This document shows, piece after piece, positions 52,980-64,000 of a stretch of 64,000 bases of DNA. The stretch spans positions 134,540,001-134,604,000 of the forward strand of contig NC_042997.1 in NCBI RefSeq assembly GCF_006345805.1, written 5' to 3'. The notes under the pieces are model-generated. The model saw only the letters and a list, made by a program, of their open reading frames with translations. It had not been told where the DNA came from and did not search any database. Source of the stretch: Octopus sinensis (lineage: Eukaryota). Made by a program: the position numbers and the translations under genes. How positions within the stretch are numbered: position 1 is the first letter of the stretch; every line of letters begins with the position of its first letter.

Positions 52980-53874
52980 AAATATATGTATGTCTATGTT
53001 ACTATGGTTATTTTACTAAATAACCTAGACACAATCACACTTTGCTTAAAACTGGTCTTCATGTCTTTATGTCCCTCTCAAACAACGGTTCGGTAAAAGG
53101 CACGGATAGATTAAGTGTCAGTCATATAAAATTAATTACTGGGATTGGATTATTTTATTAAAACCTTCACGGCTGAGCCTCAGCATGACCTCAGCTTAAT
53201 AACTGTTTGTGTGTGTGTGTGTATGTGTGTGTATGTATCACTAGGTAAGTGTTAAAAAAAAGACCGGTTGATATATGTATTTAAAGCAGGAGTGAAAGAA
53301 TGAGGGAAATGAAACGGATGAGTAATGGAGGAATAGTGACAGTTACCCGAAATAGGTTGAATTTGTAAACATGTAGTAGTAATTTAACAGAGTATGTTCT
53401 CTTTTATGAAAAGTTATGATTGAAGAGAAACGTGATACATTTCCGAGTAGAATCCTACCTAAGATTAAAATATCAACGGTTTTTAATATTTTTCTGGTGA
53501 TATACATACATAAATACGTACATCCATCCATCCATCCATCCATCCATCCATCCATCCATCCATCCATCCATACATACATACATACATACATACATACATA
53601 CATACATACATACATACATACATGCATACATACATACATACATATATATACTCACGCAAACGCATATTCATACATAAATATATACATAGGCGTAAGCGTG
53701 GTTGTGTGCTAGGAAGTTTGCTTTTCAACGACTCTGTTCTGGTTTCGGTCCCTCTTCGCAACACGTTGGGCAAGTGTCCTCTATTATTGCTTCGGAGTGA
53801 TCAAAGACTTGAGAATGGATGCAGGATATGGAAACTGAAAGAAGACCGTCGTATGTATATATATATTATATATA

Positions 53875-53946
<72 letters not shown>

Positions 53947-53959
53947 CTATATATCTATA

Positions 53960-54011
<52 letters not shown>

Positions 54012-54854
54012 TGTGTGTGCATCATTGTGGCTCCGTTTATCTCCCCTTCCCCACCGCTTCACAATCAGTGTTAGTGTGTACTCTCCGGTTCAGCCAAACA
54101 ATCCGATAGAATATGCACCAGGCTTAACAAAAAGGAATACAGGGGTCGATTGTTTCGACTAAAATTCTTTAAAAGATATATGAATCAGAATGTGTGGTTT
54201 GTTGTATACACTTCGTGGTTTTATTATTCAAATACACCTCACAAGTCGTTCTGTATTGTAGGATGTATACAGAACGTCTTGTGGGATGTTCTGTATACAT
54301 CCCACAAGCGCAGTTATATCTCATTTCTGCAAATTACCTACGTTGCAAATGTTTTCTACCATGATTTTGTCTTAGCTGCTGAAGATAGAGTAGGATAATC
54401 GTACTGATGATGTATTTCGAAGCAGAAACACCTGCCACAGTTGTCCTATTGTCTTAATAGAATCAGGTTGTTTTGTATTTCATTTATAGTAGTTAATTCT
54501 GAGATTATCTCAGCTTTTCACTTTAAGTTAGTATTAATTATCACCCAAGTAATTAGTCTACGCTCTCTGGAAGCAGAGATGCTTTCAATAAATCACAAAA
54601 ATATCTTTTCACTTCTTGCATAAATTCAGGGAATTGACCACTCTTAATAGTTCTCTTAGTACATGTGTGTGTGATGTGAGCGTGCGTGCCAGTGTGTGTA
54701 TTTGAGCATGTGTGCTCGTGTGTAAATCGAATAAAAACGGAAAGTGTGTAGAAAAATAGCATCTACGAAAATGGAAAGACGATTTAGTGAAATGATTTGA
54801 GCCATGAAGAAAAAGGAGAATGAAATCAAGAAGGAATTAGCAATGTATTAGAAG

Positions 54855-54964
<110 letters not shown>

Positions 54965-55253
54965 TGTGTGCGTGTGTATATCTATATATGTATATATATA
55001 TATATATACACATATATATATAAATATATATATATATAAAATATATATATATGTTTCAAAATATGTTTCAAAAAGAAAATAGAAAATACACGTGGAAAAG
55101 ATATTGAGAAAGTAAGAAGAAAAAAAACGAGGAGCAAAAAGTAAGAAAAAAAAAGAATAAAATATATATATTACAGTCCTTAAATGGATACATACAGAAT
55201 AAGCATAACTGCAAAAAAAAATATATTAAATTATTTCAGTAAGTTTTACTTAC

Positions 55254-55265
55254 TTTGTAATTCAT
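55254..55265 (-). CDS. IL17: IL-17-like gene 4, coding exon 1 (MNYK)
   Basis: Minus strand acaagcggaattacaATGAATTACAAA|gtaagt. Intron 52278-55253 is 3.0 kb. Confidence 0.8.
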
Positions 55266-55389
55266 TGTAATTCCGCTTGTCGTACAGACGTAAACAGACG
55301 ATAATTAAGATATGTTAAGGCTCAAACCTGAGTATTTTCGCCTCTCTCTGTGATATACATTTGTATTGGTATTAACTGTATGGCATTTA

Positions 55390-55421
55390 CTTATATATGC
55401 AGAGTTTAAAGATCAGCAGTA
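55390..55421 (-). promoter_or_regulatory. IL-17 g4 core promoter (TACTGCTGATCTT ... TATATAAG)
   Basis: TATA ~125 bp upstream of the ATG; motif shared with g1 and g3. Confidence 0.55.
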
Positions 55422-56679
55422 CTATGTGTTAATGAATATACGGAATTTGAAACCAGTGTGCGGGAAATTATACGTCCGGTAAAGTGGTAGTTCCGCCGTG
55501 TTTATATATGTACCTGTCAATCTATGGATAGAGGAGTGGCTTTATGGAAGTGGTGAATCTGTTGTTGTCACGTATATTATTTTCTTAGAAAAACAATACT
55601 TCTCCTTTATTATATTCATGTTCGTTAGCAATCCCTGCAAAATGCTTAGCAGTATTTTGTTCGATGTGATATTCTGGGTTCTTCTTTGCTACGGTCTACT
55701 TTGCCGCTGTGGTCTGCTTTGCCTTCCATCCTTTCTGGGTTGGTAAAATAAGTACCAGTTGAGTACTGAGGTTCATATCATCGATTTACCCACTTTCCCC
55801 AAACTGCTGAGCTTCTGCCAAAATTTGAAATCAATATTTGTACATATTCCTTAGATTTAGTTTCTCTGAAGTAAAACACGACTTGTTGAAAAAAAAAGAG
55901 GTTGAAAAACAAATGTCTATATGTCAATATAGAGTAATTATTCATTCCAAAACAATAGTTGTTGAGATCTGACTTGAAATTAAAAAAGAATATTGTCCAA
56001 CACCTTCTACTTTACATTATCGTCAATATATAAAAACAATAAATAAGTTCTAATATACTGTTTCTAACTTTCAGAGTAACACTTGAAACAATTTTAAAAT
56101 AGATAAAAAAAAACATACATTATCATACCAATTAAATGGAAACTTATACTGTGGATAATGTTCCTTAATATACAGTAAATATTAAATTCAAATAACCAGG
56201 TGATTCACCAACTAGAATACAAAAATGCATGGGAGATAAGATACCATTTAAACATGATAAGGAATCAATGTCACTCTGGTAAGCGAAACTAGAACTGATC
56301 TACGGAATGCTTATAAACTTTTTAGCATCATAAAGTAATTAGAATATATCCTTATTTTCTTAGTGGTTTGTAGAATTACAAGAGAATATAACATAAAGAT
56401 TATAGTATAATTGTTTTAAAGAACAAATAATCTAAAATATGAGAATTTAGGTGTGAGAATAATCCATACACCTTGCAATAGCTATCCCCACTGGCCTCCC
56501 CCAAGCTATAATGATCTCAAGCCTCCCCATGTAGCCCCATCCATTATACCCACGGGTTCTACGTCCACCAAGGGCAGAAAGGCGGAGATCCTACGCTTTG
56601 CAGTATCTTTATCTCTCCAGGTTGAATCCTACCCAATCTTTTCTTTAAAATTCTAAACTCCGATAGAGAATAGATGGTG

Positions 56680-57300
56680 GGAATAAAGTGTAAAGAGAGG
56701 GATTGCTCAATGCCTAAAACATCGAGCAATGAATAAAAGTAGCGATCGTGATACACACCACGAAGAAATGATCAAGCTCAGTAACAATCTATTAAGCAAC
56801 AACTGCCTCCCAAACATACTATCCACTCCAATTATGAAGAAAAGAGAGGATGAAACCAATAAACTATCCATAGTCTGTCTACCCAATGTGAAAAGCCTCT
56901 CCGAAAAGATGCAAAAGATATGCGGCCAATATGACATCAGGATAGTATTCAAGAGTAACACAACACTTCGCAAATATCGCCGAGTAAAACCACCAATAAA
57001 AGAGAATATGACCAAAAACTGCGTGTACTCCATCCCATGCAGCTGTGGTAGGTCATACAAAGGCGAAACAAGCCGCCCCCTCAAAATAAGGGTAGAGAAA
57101 AATCGCAAAGCTGTGACACGAGGAGATATTGATAAATCGGGTATAGCTGACCATGTATGGAAAATGGATACCAGCTACCCCTGTGGGATGAAGTTAAAAT
57201 AATAAACAGAGAACACCACTGGAAAATAGGAAAACTGAAAGAAGCAGCACATATGCTAGGACACAACAACATCCTAAGCAGACCGAACGTAGATATGAAG
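56680..57300 (+). mobile_element. Penelope-like element C-terminal fragment with GIY-YIG endonuclease
   Basis: CVYSIPCSCGRSYKGETSRPLKIRV..IADHVW..E..LKEA. Confidence 0.85.
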
Positions 57301-57436
57301 GAAGATATTAGATTTATAAGCCCTAAAATTCACTCCACGGGCATATGGCGTAGTGGTTAAGAGCGTGGGCTACTAACCCCAAGATTCCGAGTTCGATTCC
57401 AAGCAGTAACCTGGATAATAATAATAATAATAATAA

Positions 57437-57994
57437 TGCCATGCAATACCAGACATGCCCTGATGCAATACCAGTAGTGGCTCTCATAGCTTCTGATCTT
57501 TACTTATTGGAAGATTTATCATGTACATTGTTTTGTTTTGGTCTAAAAGATGGGCTACAGCAAATATTCTGCCCAATACCACAGATTTGCATTGCACTGA
57601 TACAGTACCAGACAGTGGCTCCTGTGGCTTCTAATCTTAACTGATTGGAAGTGGGGCTACAGCAAATATTCTGCTCAATACCACAGATTTTCTTGTCAGT
57701 TGTTTGACCTTAACCAGTTGAGCATATCCCTTGGTGGCTGACGATACGTGCTTCTCTGATCACGCGTAGACGTAGTGGGAGAGCATCATAGCCATGTGTT
57801 GAGAGGGATTCTGAGAGGTCTGGCTAATTCACTTTTGGAAACATGGGTTGTTTATTCAACATCCTTAAACAATCCTTATTCAGGGACCTTTTGAGCGGGA
57901 TGGGATATTCGACCAGAAGAAAATTCTAGCTGGGCCCCACCTGCTTCGTATATTTTACCCCAGTGTCACTTTGATGCCATGCACTGCTCTCTCA

Positions 57995-57997
<3 letters not shown>
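57437..57997 (+). mobile_element. ~560-bp non-coding element between (AAT)n arrays; 5' parts repeated at 60217-60390 and 60531-60612
   Basis: Both ends abut (AAT)n; internal subrepeat ccctgatgcaataccag. Confidence 0.6.
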
Positions 57998-58037
<40 letters not shown>

Positions 58038-58067
58038 GTTATAATGATGATGATGATGATGATGATG

Positions 58068-58170
<103 letters not shown>

Positions 58171-58195
58171 TAATAATAATAATAGTAATAATAAT

Positions 58196-60028
58196 CACCA
58201 CTCCTCTTTTGTTTAGCCTTGATACCTCTCTCAAAATTGCTCAATGACGCGCAGTACGGATATAAAATGTTTGATAAAAATATAAATCATCGCATTTACA
58301 TGGATGATTTAAAGCTCTTTGCAAAAAACGACCAACAACTCAAGGGCTTACTAGCGATTGTTAAACAATTCAGTGATGACATCAGAATGCAATTTGGCCT
58401 CGATAAATGTGCAAAAGCTACATTTATCAAAGGAAAAATGACAGAAACATCTAACGTTAACCTTGACAAGCAGAATATCATAAAAGAATTAGACCCAACG
58501 GAGAGCTACAAGTACCTAGGGGTGAGTGAAGGGGACGGAATAAGGCATTCAGTGATGAAGGAAAGGATCAGGAGAGAATGTTATCGCAGAGTAAGAGCAA
58601 TACTCAAGACAGAGCTGAATGCGAGAAACAGGATCGAAGCGATCAATGCTTTAGCCATACCAGTCGTGACTTACAGTTTCAATATCGTTAACTGGTCAAT
58701 TACTGAAATATGTAATCCTGACAGAAAAATACGAAAACTGTTGACAATGCATAGAATACACCACCCTAAGGCAGTTATAGAACGACTTTATCTGTCAAGA
58801 AAAGAGGGAGGCCGTGGACTTTTACAACTGGCAATAACAATGAAGATTGCTACAATTGCTACTCTGAGGACTGGATGTTAAAACTTGTCTCAAAACATGA
58901 AAACAAGAAAGCATCATACTGAGTAACAAAACAGGCAAAGGAATATCTAAGCAAATTCCGAATACAACAAATTTTGGAATTAGATATACAAGAAACAAGC
59001 ACAGAAAAAGCTAAGCGCATGAAAACCCGTGCTAAACCCGTGCTAAAACTGCGGCCTTAGATATTCTGAATGATAAATGGCAAGAAAAACCTCTCTACCC
59101 AAAGACAGCGAATAATGCAGATGTTGACAAAGCCTTGACCCATCAATGCCTAATCGCCTCTGGCTTAAAATCTAAAATAGAAGGGTTTATCATAGCAGCT
59201 CAAGATCAATGCCTACCAACAAGAAACTACCAGGCCAACATATTAAAGAACGGCAGTAGCCCAACATGTCGTGTATGTCAACAACAAAATGAAACCATTG
59301 ATCATGTTGTCTCCAAGTGCAGTCTTCTAACGCCTACAGAGTATCTCAACAGGCATTATAGAGCTGCACAATATATTCACTGGGTAATTTGCAAAAACCT
59401 GGATTTCCCCATGAAAAAAACTGGTAGGAACACAAACCACCTCCAGGGCTTGAAAATGACCACATCTCACTCCTCTGGAACTTCACCATTCAAACTGACA
59501 GAAAGATAGATGCAAATAGGCCAGACATCATATTGAAAGACTTCAGACAAAGAACATGCCTCCTCATTGATATGTCTGTCCCAATCGACATAAACGTATC
59601 TGTCAAGACCTACCAAAAACTGAGCAAATATAAAGATCATGAAGTAGAAATCAGCAAAATGTGGAAGCTGAAGACTAAAACAATACCTGTTGTCATAGGT
59701 GCCCTGGGAATGATAGCAAAAGGAGCTGATTTCTACCTAACTCAGATACCAGGAAAACCCAAAAATGGCAGAAATTCAAAAGATACTGCTCATGGGAACT
59801 GCTCATATCCTACGCAAAATACTTTCTATGTAATCTCAAGGTTTAAAACAAACATAATTTTCGGTTTTTTTAATTTTTTTTCAGACATTCACTAGTACAA
59901 CACCAAAAAAAACAATATATGGCAGACTAGGCATAACAATAACATGAACTTCCAACCTGTTGTCTCTTGAGGTCTCTGGGTGAGACTTGGAGCCAACTTG
60001 TACAAATATAAGCAAAAGTCAAACATAG
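58196..60028 (+). mobile_element. 5'-truncated R4/Dong-like non-LTR retrotransposon (RT, CCHC, RLE) inserted in (AAT)n
   Basis: SPLLFCLAL, YMDDLKL, CRVC..ETIDHVVSKC, RPDIIL..ID.SVP..K..KY restriction-like endonuclease; (AAT)n on both sides. Confidence 0.88.
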
Positions 60029-60053
60029 AATAATAATAATAATAATAATAATA

Positions 60054-60091
<38 letters not shown>

Positions 60092-60131
60092 TAATAATGA
60101 TGATAATAATAATAATAATGATAATAATAAT

Positions 60132-60218
<87 letters not shown>

Positions 60219-60424
60219 CCTGATGCAATACCAGAATGCCCTGATACAATACCAGACATGCCCTGATGCAAAACCAGACAGTGGCTCTCATGGCTTCTGA
60301 TCTTAACTGATTTGAAGTGTTATCATGTACATTGTTTTGTCTTGGTATAAAAGATGGTCTACAGCAAATATTCTGCTCAATACCACAGATAATAATAATA
60401 ATGATGATAATAATAATAATAATA

Positions 60425-60532
<108 letters not shown>

Positions 60533-60645
60533 TTTGAAGTGTTATCATGTACATTGTTTTGTCTTGGTATAAAAGATGGTCTACAGCAAATATTCTGCTC
60601 AATAACCACAGATAATAATAATAATAATAATGATGATGATAATAA

Positions 60646-60676
<31 letters not shown>

Positions 60677-60809
60677 AATAATACTATCAATATAGCTGTG
60701 GTGATAACTTCTCTCAATCCAAGACTAGTAAGTACTGATAATAGCTCCTGCTTTTATCGAATGAAAATGGACCATACGAAGCTGACCTTCTCCAGGACCA
60801 ATTCTGGCC

Positions 60810-61215
60810 CCAGTGCAAGCAGGAGCTACAACGTCTGAGTATCTGTCAACACCGTCTTAGAGGTGTCTGTCAACGCAAGAATGTTGTCTACAAATGCCGG
60901 GTTGTAACACTACTCACTCACCAAGCGAGAATCTACGTTAACCACACTAAGTATCTTTCTCGAATTCAACCTCTAAATTATCTGTCTCTTTGCTTACATA
61001 TATATACAACGTCAGGTTCTAAAACATTCTCTATACCCTATCCTGATCCACTGACTGTGTTGCCTCTTATGCGACACTAGCTTCTACGTTTGTAAACTGA
61101 TTTAAGGGAACCTTTCACCATCCTTCGCAACCACAACACCTTATTACTAAATAGACTCTCAGACATAATCCTCTCATGTAAACACAGATTCTACTCATCG
61201 TTTACCCAGTGTGTT
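60810..61215 (+). mobile_element. Degenerate Penelope GIY-YIG C-terminal fragment (second family)
   Basis: RGVCQRKNVVYKCRV..; LLNRLSDIILSCKHR. Confidence 0.45.
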
Positions 61216-62404
61216 AAATCTATGTAATTCCCTCCACTAATATTAAGTATTCTAATAGATATTTCTTCTAAAGATTACATTTACACGTTCCTCTTGCCTA
61301 GCATACCTAACTTTACAGCCACCCCATCCCCATGCTTTGAACTCTTTCCCTATCCTCTCCAAGCTTCTTCTTCAACCAGAAGCACTTAGCACTACCTAGT
61401 CTTGACTTGGCTACCAAATAATCATCACTTCGTCTCTACCTCTAACTCCACCGCCTTCCTTTTACTCTCAATACTCATCTCTCTCTCTCTCTCTCTCTCT
61501 CTGCCATCATCTTACTTTCATTCCTCCAACTACCGCTTCGCCAACCATCTAGCTTCTATAAGGACAATTTCCCTCCCTTTAATACTCGCCCCTTCTTTCA
61601 CTGTTCGAATTACCCTTAAATTTAGAGCCCCACCATCCTTAACTATTAGCGTCTGTTGTCACACCGAACAAAAACAACAGCCCATTAAAATACTACCAAT
61701 CCCACCCCATCTACTTATTTCCTAACTCTCAACTTCTACTTTTCTCTATACTCAGATCATACACCCTTTCCATTTTCCTAATTTGACTTTCTTATATCTT
61801 CTTCACCTTTCTTGCTTCAACACTCCCCACACCCCCATCGAACTACCTACTTCCTCCCTCCACCCAATACTGCATGCGTTCTTCTTCACCATCATACTTT
61901 TATATATAAACAGCTTCAACTCTGATTTCGGGTTACCAATGCTCAGGAAATCCTTGCAATCCATATTAATTTACAAGCAAGTACTAAAACATCCCGCAAT
62001 AATCCAATTTATGGATTTGTGAGTGTTTGTATGAGAAAGCTCACCGTTTTCTCATTCCCGTCACAATTTTGTTTTCGCATGCTATCGTCTACTTCTTTAG
62101 AAATTTTACGCAGCCGCGTATCTTCTTACGTACGCACAAGTACATTAGTATGTATGTATGTATGTATGTATGTATGTATGTATGTATGTATGTATGTATG
62201 TTGTATGTATGTGTGTGTGTGTGTTTTATATGAACGTATGTGTATTACTCTTTTACATGTTTCAGTAATTTGACTGCGGCCATGCTGGAGCACTGCCTTT
62301 AGTCGAGCAAATCGCTAAGTTACGGGGACGCAAACACACCACCATCTGTTGTCAAGCGATGCTGGGGGACAAACACAGACACACAAACATACACACACAC
62401 ACAC

Positions 62405-62458
<54 letters not shown>

Positions 62459-62869
62459 CATATATACGACAGACTTCCTTCAGTTTCCGTCTACCAAATC
62501 CACTCACAAGGCTTTGGTCCGCCCAAGGCTATAGTAGAAGACACTTGCCCAAGGTGCCACGCAGTGGGAATGAACCTGGAACAATGTGGTTGGTAAGCAA
62601 GCTACTTACCACACAGCAACTCCTACGCCTGTATTGGTTTGAATATGTATATAAGTATATCTAAATATGCATATCTATATCTATGTGCGCGCGCGTATAT
62701 AAATAAATAAACAAATTTAATTAAATGTATGTGTACATGCATGTAAACATGAATACATACATATTTACATGCATAGATATATAAATGCTTGTATTCATGT
62801 ATAAAGAGCAAGAGAAGGGGGAGAGTAAGAGGATAAGTGTTGCATGAACGGGTGTGTGTTTGTATGTAA

Positions 62870-63250
62870 ATACTGTGGGGGCGCAATAGTTCAGAGGTTA
62901 GGGCAGGGGACTCGCGGTTGTAGCATCGCAGTTTCGATTCCCAGACTGGGCGTTGAGTGTTTACTGAGCGAAAACACCTAAAACTCCACGAGGCTCCGGC
63001 AGGGGGTAGGGTGGCGAACCCTGCTGTACTTTTTTTCACCGCAAGTTTCTCTCACTCTTTCTTCCTGTTTCTGTTGTACCTGCATTTCAAAGGGCTAGCC
63101 TTGTCATATTCTGTGCCAGGCTGGCTCTCCCCGAGAAATACGTTAAGGGTACACGTGTCTGTGGAGCGCTCAGCCACTTGCACGTTTATGTCAAGAGCAG
63201 CATGTTCCGTTCATCGGATCAACTGGAACCCTCGCCGTCGTAACCGACGA
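62870..63250 (+). mobile_element. Recombinant SINE: family 2 head plus family 4 tail
   Basis: 5' part matches 5600-5790; 3' part from ~63070 matches 17255-17430. Confidence 0.8.
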
Positions 63251-63876
63251 AATGCCATGATGTTAATACTGAAGTGTATATGTGAGAAGTGATCCGATAT
63301 TGCTTATTGTATATTTAAATATTTTAATAAACTGATACTTATTGTATATTTAAATAAATAGAGCGTGACTGATACGAATACACACTAGGTATTATTGAGG
63401 TATTATATGTGTATGAGAGAGAAAGTGGAGAAATATTCAATAAAAATATGAGATAGACAGACAGATTTACTGCCTGCTATACACCTACATATATTCGTAC
63501 ATATATTGTGAGAAAAAGAGAAAGAGAGAGAGAGAGAGCGACAGGTATACAAAGAAAGAGAATGACGGAAAAACCGATATTGAGAATGTGGTAGTTGTTT
63601 ATGTGAGCTCTCTCCGAGTTTCATTTGTTCAAATACATGAGTACACTGTTCGATGTGTCGTTCCATTCATAAGTAAAGCGTATATAGTGTCATTTGAGTG
63701 AGATGTGACTGGTATTTCTTGCAAATGACATTCAACGTAATATGCTTCCTTGTCGGCTCCATAATAGTTTAGCAGTAATTGCAACAAGCTGGTGTATGAA
63801 CTTCCTTTGTATAATCATATAAAGTAGTTTGACATGCTGTATCATACATATATGTATATAAATACATACTGACATG

Positions 63877-63929
<53 letters not shown>

Positions 63930-64000
63930 TACATAGGGAGAGACAGAGGAAGAAAGAGAGTGTGGTGTATGTATGAGTATTTATATGTTTATTTATAACT

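Overview
AT-rich eukaryotic genomic DNA packed with microsatellites, SINEs and transposons. The repeat families look like octopus (cephalopod) repeats; this is inference, no search was run. The only host genes are four interleukin-17-like cystine-knot cytokine genes and one truncated relic. Each gene has a 12-15 bp ATG micro-exon, a phase-0 GT-AG intron and one large exon: g1 (+) 1616-1630/6302-6823; g2 (+) 12296-12310/18937-19459, with a 1-bp frameshift and a decayed TATA box; g3 (-) 35889-35900/23965-24483; g4 (-) 55254-55265/51774-52277. g3 and g4 lie in a long duplicated block that later gained different insertions. The rest is transposon debris: Gypsy pol with one LTR, hAT, Tc1/mariner, MULE, a Helentron-like element, APE-type LINEs, an R4/Dong-like element in (AAT)n, Penelope fragments and at least five SINE families. 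The most unexpected signal is about ten type I hammerhead-ribozyme motifs from several unrelated repeat families. They include a near-canonical GUC hammerhead in a target-site-duplicated ~330-bp insert on the sense strand of the g2 intron, U3-A8 compensated variants in long palindromes, and a tRNA-headed SINE with a hammerhead in its tail. All structures were read by eye; none was computationally folded or database-checked.
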